A DNA stretch of 64,000 bases from Candidatus Poribacteria bacterium (GCA_965222225.1 CBDCTK010000002.1:896001-960000), one strand, 5' to 3'. Shown: positions 53,046 through 62,429, numbered from the stretch's first letter. Numbers and translations are program-made. The notes: generated by a model not told the origin, from the sequence alone.

Positions 53046-53689
53046 ATGACAGCTTTTCTAGTGTCCGTACCTCTATGTAGCGCTCCCGCGTGAAAGGTTC
53101 GATTTTCAAAGATTAAGCAATCGCCGGGCTGTAGACTGGGTTCGACCACATTTAGGGGATCCGCACGTCCGTCAGGAATATCAGGTTGGCCGATTAGATG
53201 ATTGCTACCGGGAGCGATCATGGTTGCACCGCGGTTCCGCATGGTTAAATCGGTCAAATAGAAGGCGCACTTTACCAGAAGGCGCGGAATCGCCGCGTTC
53301 CCAAAGTCTCTGGTTGCCCGAAGATAATCCCGATGCCACCCCGGATGACGACGTGAATCCGGATACTCCTCCGGATCAGGGTGTTTGTCGATCAGATGAG
53401 ATGTCATCACATGTAGATTGGCGCCGAGTAGTTGAACAACTATTGGCAGGATTTTGGCGTGATCGATTAAGGATATAAACGTGTCGTCCAGAGTAACTAC
53501 ATTGCGAAATCCATCGTACGATTCCCCCAAGCGCTGTCTATTTTCGGTCAGATTACTGTTAATCAAGCAATTCCCCGCTTCAATCAGACCGGCAATGGAT
53601 TTGTCGTCAAGCGCTTTGCGCACAATCAGATAACCGTTTTGGTCAAAGAAATCGGTGTCTACTTCGTGAGCGGAGGTGCATTCGAGCAT
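53046..53689 (-). pseudogene. PhyH family dioxygenase, 3' end cut by IS1
   Basis: FFDQNGY, WHRD, GATMIAPGSN and PGDCLIFENRTFHAG...RKAVM, then the IS end. Confidence 0.85.
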
Positions 53690-53877
53690 AAATCTTGTGT
53701 TTTCTGAGAAAAGGACAATTAACTACGGTTTGTTCTCGTTAGGGCTCATGGGCTAACGCATCAAAGTAGCAATCTGACTATAAGAAGTGCCAAGTCTTTT
53801 GGTGTCTTACCATAACGACGAGACTTGCTAGGTCGGTTTGTATGTTTACATGACCCAAGAGTTAGCATGAAGTTTTT

Positions 53878-53906
53878 ATAATACACAGCGTACTTGAGCT
53901 TGTCAA
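53878..53906 (-). promoter_or_regulatory. Putative sigma70 promoter
   Basis: The minus strand reads TTGACA-17 nt-TATTAT. Confidence 0.6.
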
Positions 53907-53962
53907 GTAGAGAAGTAGACGAGTCACACATCTAAATTCTGGACATGACATGAGAGGTACTT

Positions 53963-54549
53963 GGGCTAGGCTTGGGTTAAATCTTCTTAAAGAGCAGAAC
54001 CTATGTCTACTCCCCCAATTTCCTCAATTGGAGTCCATCGTCGCTCATTGCCAGACTCCTCACGACTTGATTGTCGCACGCCGCATAAATTGCTTGATAT
54101 CATTGTCATTATTATCTGCGGCAGAGATAGGGAGCGAATAGCGACTGCGATAGAAATCTCTGAGAATTTCACCAATCTCAACTCGGTCGTCAAAGTCACC
54201 GCTCAGCGTGAAGTCTGCCAAAAGGTGGGCTGCGAGATACGCTACTACATTTCCTCGCTTCCCGGCGATGCAGCAGAGTTGCTTGAAGCCACCAGGCGTC
54301 GGCGGCGGATTGAAAACTCATGCCAGTGGGAATTAGATGTTGCTTTCCGTGAGGTCGCGTCACGAGTTCGTAGACACAATGCCGCCGAAAACCTCGCCAT
54401 TGTGCGACGCATTGCTCTCAATCTGCTCAAGGCTGAAGAGTCAACCAAACTTGGCGTCGCCAACAAACGACGCAAAGCCGCATGAGACAACGATTACTTA
54501 ACTACTATTCTGGCAACTCTTTTCTGAAAAATCAGATGCGTTTCCCCTG
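53963..54549 (+). mobile_element. Internally deleted ISAs1-family element
   Basis: LPD...HKLLDIIVI.ICG joined to RYYISSL...IEN...W.LDV.F.E...AAENLAIVRRIALNLLK...KRRKAA*DNDYL. Right end GATGCGTTTCCCCTG. Confidence 0.88.
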
Positions 54550-54558
54550 AAAAAAAAC

Positions 54559-54587
54559 TTGACACATTCTCGAATTTCGTTTATAAT
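54559..54587 (+). promoter_or_regulatory. Perfect-consensus sigma70 promoter for the LamG array
   Basis: TTGACA-CATTCTCGAATTTCGTT (17 nt)-TATAAT, preceded by an A-tract. Confidence 0.8.
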
Positions 54588-54836
54588 GGCCAACTATGTT
54601 GGGCTAGACACCCATGCAGTCGTGACACGATGAAAAGAGACTGCGACTGAACACAACGGAGCAACTATTCTTCTGATGGGAATAGTTGCTCCGTCTTGGG
54701 GAGTTATTCAGTGCCGGGACTGCATCCCGGGCTTTTGCTTGCGACATACCAATGCTTGCAAGCTTCATGTACATTCTCATACATCGGTGTAGGACGGCAA
54801 ACCCGCCCGCACTTCCTTGTAAAATAAGGAGATAAA

Positions 54837-55646
54837 ATGAATACGGTAATTGCAAAATCAGCGCTCTTATGCTTGGGCGTGCTCTTCCTAGCATTGGCAA
54901 TCACAAACGTCGGCCAGGCCGTTGACATGACAAATGTTGTCTCAGTCTGGCCCCTTGACGAAGGCTCCGGCGAAACCGTCTCGGATGCCTCCGGAAACGT
55001 GGCGGACGGTACTTTTGTTGACTTTGATGGTGATGGGATTAGTCTGCAATGGGTCGATGGCGTCTTCGGCGGTGCCCTCGCATTTGATGGTACCGATGAT
55101 TGGGTGGAGATTCCCGGTGTCATCGTGGATACGGTCGATTGGTCGATGGGTTGCTGGGCGAACCCGGGCGAGGAACAGAACACATGGACAAATATCATGT
55201 CCAGCCATGTCGATTTCAAGGGAGTTTCCTTTGAAACATTCGACGACACGAAGAACCTGATTGGCGTCGCCATGGGAAACGGTGAAACATGGGGCGGAGG
55301 AGACTTCCTCGAAATCGAATTCAACGAATGGAACCACATGGTTTACACCCGCAGTGGCGATCATGCCATCTGGTATCTCAACGGCGAGATTGATAGCGAG
55401 ACTACCTTGGATTCAGACAAACCGGTTGTCGCCACGACCGAAAACTTCCGGCTTGGAAACTGGGTTCTCGGTGGCAAGGGTCGTGTATGGAATGGATTGC
55501 TTGACGAAGGCTTTATATTCGAGAGAGCGCTAAGTCAGGACGAAATCAGAGATATCATGAACAACGGTGTGTTGGGCACTGGTACTGCTGTCAACCCAGC
55601 GGACAAAACATCGGTCACTTGGGGACAAATTAAGAGCCAATACTAA
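54837..55646 (+). CDS. Secreted LamG-like protein (array copy 1, acidic)
   Basis: RBS TAAGGAG, signal peptide, WPLDEGSG, DEGFIFERAL and tail AVNPADKTSVTWGQIK. Confidence 0.92.
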   Translation: MNTVIAKSALLCLGVLFLALAITNVGQAVDMTNVVSVWPLDEGSGETVSDASGNVADGTFVDFDGDGISLQWVDGVFGGALAFDGTDDWVEIPGVIVDTVDWSMGCWANPGEEQNTWTNIMSSHVDFKGVSFETFDDTKNLIGVAMGNGETWGGGDFLEIEFNEWNHMVYTRSGDHAIWYLNGEIDSETTLDSDKPVVATTENFRLGNWVLGGKGRVWNGLLDEGFIFERALSQDEIRDIMNNGVLGTGTAVNPADKTSVTWGQIKSQY

Positions 55647-55806
55647 ATCATCAGTAGAATGCTCTTACTTTGAACCAATTCCAGCTTGTGAGGGCGCAGC
55701 GCAATGTGCTCTCACAGATTCAAGATTTAGGCGTTTCACGATACATGCCCCGTATTTATCGCACATGGAGTGCCAACTCTATGAGTGGTAGTGGGACTAT
55801 AGTTTT

Positions 55807-56601
55807 ATGAATAAAATAACGGCCTTCAAACCCACTTTCTTCTTAATGATTCTTTCCTGCCTTATCCTAATATTGGCTCACCTCAGCAACGCCCAACTTG
55901 ACATGGAGGGCGTAATAGCAATGTGGTTGCTTGACGAGGGAAAAGGAAACGAAGTTGCCGACACCTCTGGGAACGATAATGATGGCAAGCTTGTAGCAGG
56001 CAAGGCAAAATGGGTCGATGGCAAGTATGGCCAAGCGCTTGAGTTCGATCAGAAGGGTTGGGTCGAGATGAATGCACCGGCTGTCGTCGATACCGTTGAT
56101 TGGACCATGGGCTGTTGGGCGAAACCTAAGGACAGTCAAAAAACTTGGACGAACATTTTATCTAGTCATAATAACTTCCGGGGTATATCTTTCGAACAGT
56201 TTGATAGCAATCTCAATCGCATCGGCGTTGCCATGGGTAACGGCGAGACCTGGGGAGGAGCAGGTTTCCTGCAACTAAAAACCGGTGCCTGGAACCATCT
56301 AGTTTTCACCCGTAAAAAGAGGACAGGGACATGGTATCTCAATGGGAAGGTCGATAATGCGAAGCAGATGGATTCGGAAAAACCCGTTGTCGCTTCCCCT
56401 TCGAACTTCCGGATTGGTAACTGGGTGCTCGGCGGACGCGAATGGAACGGCATTGTTGATGAAGCCTTTATTTTTGAACGGGCACTCGGTCAGGAGGAAA
56501 TCAGAACCATTATGCGCAGGGGCTTGGAGCGTGTGCAACCCGTAGATCCAAAGGACAAAGTTGCCACGTCGTGGGGCAAAGTAAAATCTTGGTATCAATG
56601 A
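55807..56601 (+). CDS. Secreted LamG-like protein (array copy 2, Lys-rich)
   Basis: Signal peptide, WLLDEGKG and tail PVDPKDKVATSWGKVK. Confidence 0.92.
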   Translation: MNKITAFKPTFFLMILSCLILILAHLSNAQLDMEGVIAMWLLDEGKGNEVADTSGNDNDGKLVAGKAKWVDGKYGQALEFDQKGWVEMNAPAVVDTVDWTMGCWAKPKDSQKTWTNILSSHNNFRGISFEQFDSNLNRIGVAMGNGETWGGAGFLQLKTGAWNHLVFTRKKRTGTWYLNGKVDNAKQMDSEKPVVASPSNFRIGNWVLGGREWNGIVDEAFIFERALGQEEIRTIMRRGLERVQPVDPKDKVATSWGKVKSWYQ

Positions 56602-56804
56602 CCGGCGAGAAGTCCGATAAGGATTCGAAACCATGTACGGAGTGCAAAATTCTAATACAACATCAAAATTGATAAACTGACGATGGTTCGCGATCGGTTC
56701 GTTGAAGTTGCGTAGCTAAGGTACATTCTTTTGCGAAGGCGTTTTTCATTGCGTTTTCCTCTTTAGATTTTGTTTGAGAATTGAACACTCTCAATCAAGG
56801 ATTA

Positions 56805-57677
56805 TGAAGGGAATGCGCATTGAATTCATGTTCGTTTACATCTGTTGCATCTGCCGGAATTTGGTTTTGGCAAGTACGAGTGGTGCGCAGCGAGTACGTT
56901 TTACGTAGAACTTGGTGGCGTTGTGGCTTTTCGATGAAGGCTCCGGTAATAGGGTCAAAGATTCATTTGGCGATGGCATCACGGTAAATTCGCCTCCGGT
57001 AAACCGCAGTGGGTTGATGGCTAGTTCGGCACAGTTTTGGAGTTTCGTGGCAGAGAAGCGAGCGATTGGGGCGAGACAGACATTCCGGTCGTCGTGGGTG
57101 CAGTTGACTTCACCTTTGGTTGCTGGATGAAGCCGGGCAGGCCGCAGAATTGGCATGCTAATCTGTTCGGCGGACGCGAGGGTGGCGAAGAAGAAAGGGT
57201 GGCGAAGAAGAAGACGGGGATAGAGAATTTTTCTTTGCACAAAATGCAAATTCCCAGAACAATTTCAGAATTCGCATCGGGGGCATATTCAATTGGCAGG
57301 GACAAGGCGATCCCAGACAGATTGTCAAGCTGAAAACGTACGAGTGGAACCATATCGGTTTTGTGCGCGAAGGCAGGGCAGGTATATAGTATCGGGATGG
57401 CGAGCCGGATCGGAAGAAGATGAAAGGGTTCTATCTTGACTTGGGTTCAACATAACCTGCTATGCCCGGCAAACAAAATTTTCGAATCGATAACTCGATA
57501 TGGGACGAAGAGCGTACGTACAAGGGTATCGTCGACGAAGCCTTTATTTTCGAAAGAGCGCTGAGTCAAGATACGATCCAAGACATCATTAACAAATGTA
57601 TCGAAAAAACGCAATCAATTGAATCGACCGATAAATTGGCAACACTGTGGGGACAGATAAAGTCCTGGCGTGACTAG
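56805..57677 (+). pseudogene. Decayed LamG paralog (array copy 3)
   Basis: Colinear with 58005-58862 but carries TAG stops (~56906, ~57387) and several frameshifts. Tail SIESTDKLATLWGQIK. Confidence 0.92.
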
Positions 57678-58004
57678 CAAATACTCGCGAATCGCGATCT
57701 CAATTCTCTCATCAACAAGGAAGGAGGCCACGAAGGTTCACAGGCAGTTAGTTCGTTTGATACATTCCTGCCCGCGTGTGTTCCTAAAGTACCTTTCGCA
57801 GGAAGCACGTCTTTCACGACGTTAGGACCTTGACACTTCAGTTCGCAGCAGCTCAATTTAGAGTGCGTCCTGAGTGCAGTTCTTCGGGGTAAAATCCCCG
57901 CACTATGCGTCTTTGAGAGCATGACTCCAAGAGTGCTTGCGATTCGCACTTTAGAATTAATCGGAGCGTGGCAACTGACCGTTGAACCTTCTCAATTAAG
58001 AACG

Positions 58005-58862
58005 ATGAAAACACTGGTTTTTAGACTCACGCTCTGCTACACTTGTTGTTTCTGTTTGAGTTTGGCATTGACAAGTGTAAGTTATGCGCAACGCGTACGA
58101 TTCACGAAGAACCTTGTGGCAATGTGGCTGTTCGACGAAGGCACCGGCAAAAGGGTCAAGGATTCATCCGGCAATCGCCATCACGGCAAGTTCGCCGCCG
58201 GCAAACCGACATGGGTCGATGGAAAATTCGGTACGGCTTTGGAGTTTCGCGGCGGTGACGAGCCCGATTGGGTGGAGATCGATATTCCGGTCGCCGTGAA
58301 TACTGTTGACTTTACCTTTGGTTGCTGGATGAAACCGGGACGGCCACAAAATTGGCATGCAAATCTGTTCGGCGGCCGGGATGGTGGCGAAGCTGAAGAC
58401 GGGGGTACAGGATTTTCCTTTGCACAGAATGAAGGCTCTTTGAATAAATTTAGAGTTCGCATTGGGGGAATATTCAATTGGCAAGGGCAAGGCGATCCCA
58501 GACACGCTGTCAAGTTGAAAACGGAGGGGTGGAACCATATCGTATTTGTGCGCGCAGGCAGAGAAGGCATATGGTATCGGGATGGGGAGCCGGATCGGAA
58601 GAAGAAAAAAGGGTTCTATCTTGACTTGGGTTCAACAGACCGTGTTAAACCCGCCAAACAAAAATTTCGAATCGGTAACTCCATATGGAACCAAGATCGC
58701 TCGTACAAGGGTATCATCGACGAAGCCTTTATTTTCGAAAGAGCGCTGAGTCAAGATACGATTCAAGACATCATGAACAAAGGTATTGTAAAGGCACAAT
58801 CAATTGAATCAACCGGCAAAATGGCAACACTCTGGGGAGGGATAAAATCTTGGTATAAATAG
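58005..58862 (+). CDS. Secreted LamG-like protein (array copy 4)
   Basis: Signal peptide (VSYAQ), WLFDEGTG, DEAFIFERAL and tail SIESTGKMATLWGGIK. Confidence 0.92.
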   Translation: MKTLVFRLTLCYTCCFCLSLALTSVSYAQRVRFTKNLVAMWLFDEGTGKRVKDSSGNRHHGKFAAGKPTWVDGKFGTALEFRGGDEPDWVEIDIPVAVNTVDFTFGCWMKPGRPQNWHANLFGGRDGGEAEDGGTGFSFAQNEGSLNKFRVRIGGIFNWQGQGDPRHAVKLKTEGWNHIVFVRAGREGIWYRDGEPDRKKKKGFYLDLGSTDRVKPAKQKFRIGNSIWNQDRSYKGIIDEAFIFERALSQDTIQDIMNKGIVKAQSIESTGKMATLWGGIKSWYK

Positions 58863-59185
58863 GAGTCACCCGTGAATCACCATCTCAATTCTCACATCTT
58901 CAAGAAAAGAGGCCACGAAGGTTTAGCGTCCGTTTGCTTGATATATTCCAGGTCGCGCATATTCGTAAAGTACCTTTCGCAGAAAGCGCATCTTTCATGT
59001 CGTTAGGGCTAACACAATTCAGTTCGTAGTAGCGCAATTCATCGCGCACTGCAAGTTCGAATCTTCACAGTGGAATACCCGCGCTGTACGGCTTTGAGTG
59101 TTCACCCAGCACAGTCCCTGCGTTTCGTCCTTTAGACTTCATTGGAAAGCAGCATTTGACCGTTGAACCATCCCAATCAAGAGTG

Positions 59186-60040
59186 ATGAGAACAACAGTC
59201 GTTAAATTCAAACTCTTATACATCGTTTGTTTCTGCGTAAGTTTGGCGCTTACAAGCACAAGTCATGCACAACGGGTACGATTTACTAAGAACCTTGTGG
59301 CAATGTGGCTCTTTGACGAAGGAGACGGGAAGAGAGTCATAGATTCATCTGGTAATAAACATGACGGCAAATTCGCAAACGGCGAGCCACAATGGGTTGA
59401 AGGAAAATTCGGCACGGCTCTGGAATTCCGTGGCGGCGAGGACAACGACTGGGTGGAGATTGGTCGACCGGTCGTTGTAAACAGCGTTAATTTTTCCTTT
59501 GGGTGCTGGATGAAGCCGGGAAGACCACAACACAACCATGCGAATTTGTTCGGCGGCCGAGATGGCGGAGCTGAGGAAGAGGGTGCTAGGGGAATTACGT
59601 TTGCACAGAATGAGTTGTCCTTAAACAAGTTTAGAGTTGTCATCGGCGGCGTATTTAACTGGCAGGGGCAAGGCGACCCCAGACACGCCGTCAAGCTGAA
59701 AACAGAGGAGTGGAATCATATCGTTTTCGTGCGCCAAGGCAGGGAAGGTACATGGTATCTGAATGGCGAGCCGGATCGTAAGAAGAAGAAGGGGTTTTAT
59801 ATAAACTTAGGTTCAGGGAATCCTGTTAACAGTTCAATAAAGAATTTCCGCCTCGGCAACTCAATATGGGATGAAGGACGGGCGTACAAGGGTATCGTTG
59901 ACGAAGCCTTTATTTTTGAAAGAGCGTTAAGTCAGGAGACAATTCAAAGTATCATGAACAAAGGTATTGAAAAGACACAAGCCGTTGACCCTTGGGACAA
60001 GATTGCGACGCTTTGGGGACAGGTAAAATCTCAGAATTGA
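59186..60040 (+). CDS. Secreted LamG-like protein (array copy 5)
   Basis: Close paralog of copy 4. Tail AVDPWDKIATLWGQVK. Confidence 0.92.
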   Translation: MRTTVVKFKLLYIVCFCVSLALTSTSHAQRVRFTKNLVAMWLFDEGDGKRVIDSSGNKHDGKFANGEPQWVEGKFGTALEFRGGEDNDWVEIGRPVVVNSVNFSFGCWMKPGRPQHNHANLFGGRDGGAEEEGARGITFAQNELSLNKFRVVIGGVFNWQGQGDPRHAVKLKTEEWNHIVFVRQGREGTWYLNGEPDRKKKKGFYINLGSGNPVNSSIKNFRLGNSIWDEGRAYKGIVDEAFIFERALSQETIQSIMNKGIEKTQAVDPWDKIATLWGQVKSQN

Positions 60041-60488
60041 TTCGGCGTCACCGCGTCCAAATTAAACGGTAGTCGACCTTTAGCGAACATATCGCTCGCA
60101 TACGCCAGTCACATCAATTTAAGAGGCGAACAACCCCTTCAGATGTTCTGTTGCACTAAAGCAGAGTCCTTGTAGAACAAGTTCGCTGCGCTCATCACAG
60201 TAGCAACGTGCCGAACCTATAGTAAGAGCGAACCATCGCATCTCGGTCCAAAAGTCTCCTGATGACCAAGAATCGGTTATCACTAATGCGGCTTCACGGC
60301 GAATTTCCCTCAACAACCTTTGACAGAGTCACGAAGTTCTAGCCTATTGTCCACCCCCGGTTTACCTCGTGACGATGATACAGGACTATTCATGCGGTTG
60401 CCCTGACCACAGTCCCCTGTTACTATTGACACGGTCTTGTTATCGTCACCACTGTACGAAGGATTCCATGCATTAGGCCAGGGCTAGA

Positions 60489-62429
60489 ATGACCTTCCCG
60501 TCTCAGAAATGTAGTTTCCAAACCCGCCCATTCAACACATCAATCATAGCACTTCTCTTACTGCTCATTTCTTTTCAACTACTCACACAGGCGAACGAAT
60601 GTCTTGACTTTAAACAGCTTGTCGCCGAATTTGAGCAGGTCACCCGCGAAAATCCATCCTCTGTTTCCGTCACCATGAACCTTGGTTTCGTCTATTTGGC
60701 ACTGGCGGCAATGGGCAAAGCGTCGGCAACCTTCGAAACAGCGACTCGCCTCGACCCATCTTTAGCCGAAGCACACTATTGGATAGGAAGAATTAACTAT
60801 CTTCAGACCAAATACGAGAAGGCAATTCCGTCTTTCCAGGCGGCCATTAACTTGAGACCCGACTGGTATCCCCCTTATGCCCATCTAGGATTATGCTACT
60901 TTCATACGCACAATTACGATGAAGCCGAGACCGCACTGTCACGAGCAGATTCGCTAATAGAGCTATCAAAATCTCTTGGCTTCGGGTTCCCACCACCACC
61001 TATTCTTTGGAAAGACCCAGAGTGGAATGAGAAAGTCCTGCAGTTGTCGCGGGCAGATATCGTACACTATATCAGCCAGATTGCATTCAAGCGAGGCAAT
61101 TACGGCAAATCCGCGGAATACTGTCATCAAACAATCGCCCTTGATCCCGAATATGCCAACGCCTTCCTTCTGCTTGGCCGCGTGCACGTTCAAGAAGGTG
61201 CTCCAAACGCGGCAGGGGAGGCCTTTCTTGAGGCAATTAGTTTGCATCCCAAGTCGGGTCTCGCCCACTATCAACTTGGCTTGTTATACTTCAAACAGGG
61301 AAGAGAGACCGAAGCCAATACCGAGATGGAGCTAGCCCGTCAACTGAACGAAGCGGAACAGCAGCTTCTCGAACAGCGCATCGGTACCTTGCGAAACAAG
61401 AGAAAGGCACCCGTTCTCGCAAACTTGGGCAAAATCTACCTGAATCAACGCAAGTACGCGGAGGCAATCGGAGAATATGAGAAAGCACTTTGGCACGAAG
61501 CCGATCTTGCCGAAGCCCACAACGGACTCGGATACGCCTATATGATGCTGGGTCGATTGGAAGAAGCCAAAGCAGCACAAGAGCGCGCTATTGAGCTGAA
61601 CCCTCAGATGGCTGAAGCCTACATTGGACGTGGACTCGTAAGACTCAGACAAGCGGAAACATCTGAACGTGAAGCCAATCTGAAAGCGGCACTTAGGGAC
61701 TTTCGGCATGCAGCCGTTCTAAATCCCCAGTCTCCGGAATCGTGGCGAAACGTGGGCAACATCGCTCTTGAATTATCCCGGTTCGAAGAAGCCGAAGCGG
61801 CTTATCAAAAGTTGCTAACAATTCAACCGGGTCTCACAGAGGTCTATATGGCATTGGGATCGATCTATAAGCGTCAGAAAAAACACGCGATGGCTATTCG
61901 CCATTATCAAGAGGCTCTCAAACTAGACCTCAATCTAGTGAATGCACGCCTTAATCTTGGGATTCTTGCGGCTGAACAAGGGGAACTTGACGAAGCTGTC
62001 GAACTCCTCCGAGAAGAGATAAAGATTCAACCCGACAGCGCCGAAGCATATTACTACCTAGGTGAGGTTTACCGCAAACAGAATGAGTATGATTTGGCGG
62101 AGAAAGCCTATCAAGACACAATACAAGCCGACCCATTCTACGCTGCCAAAGCCTATGAACGCCTGGCACATCTCTACGGAAGCCGACGAATCGATCTCAA
62201 AAGAGCGGTGATTTTTGCGGAAAAAGCGGTGGAACTCGATCCCAAATCTGTACTTTGTCTCAATACGCTCTCGCGCATGTATTACCTGAATCGAGACTAC
62301 GATCGCGCCGAACGCGCGATATCACTAGCGTTGAAGCTGAACCCCAATAACGCTATTCTCAAGAACGGATTAAAGACAATAAAAGCTACTAAGGCTGCAC
62401 AAGCGGAAGGCGAGAAGAAGGAAAAGTGA
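60489..62429 (+). CDS. Tetratricopeptide repeat protein, probably exported
   Basis: Hydrophobic N-terminus and many TPR units (AHYWIG..., AHNGLG..., A..LNP). Confidence 0.92.
   Translation: MTFPSQKCSFQTRPFNTSIIALLLLLISFQLLTQANECLDFKQLVAEFEQVTRENPSSVSVTMNLGFVYLALAAMGKASATFETATRLDPSLAEAHYWIGRINYLQTKYEKAIPSFQAAINLRPDWYPPYAHLGLCYFHTHNYDEAETALSRADSLIELSKSLGFGFPPPPILWKDPEWNEKVLQLSRADIVHYISQIAFKRGNYGKSAEYCHQTIALDPEYANAFLLLGRVHVQEGAPNAAGEAFLEAISLHPKSGLAHYQLGLLYFKQGRETEANTEMELARQLNEAEQQLLEQRIGTLRNKRKAPVLANLGKIYLNQRKYAEAIGEYEKALWHEADLAEAHNGLGYAYMMLGRLEEAKAAQERAIELNPQMAEAYIGRGLVRLRQAETSEREANLKAALRDFRHAAVLNPQSPESWRNVGNIALELSRFEEAEAAYQKLLTIQPGLTEVYMALGSIYKRQKKHAMAIRHYQEALKLDLNLVNARLNLGILAAEQGELDEAVELLREEIKIQPDSAEAYYYLGEVYRKQNEYDLAEKAYQDTIQADPFYAAKAYERLAHLYGSRRIDLKRAVIFAEKAVELDPKSVLCLNTLSRMYYLNRDYDRAERAISLALKLNPNNAILKNGLKTIKATKAAQAEGEKKEK

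Noticed and set aside
7582-53689. Integron cassette array suggested by gene co-orientation
   Set aside because: No recurring RYYYAAC/GTTRRRY attC structures were recognised at gene ends, and no intI gene is present.
4529-54485. Genome-wide UGA=Trp recoding (translation table 4)
   Set aside because: TGA terminates clearly complete genes (6105, 56601, 60040, 62429), Trp is otherwise TGG, and TAG/TAA nonsense mutations also occur in pseudogenes.
54790-54815. c-di-GMP-I riboswitch suggested by GGCAAACC
   Set aside because: The downstream GNRA loop, GACGCAAAG junction and P2 stem are absent.
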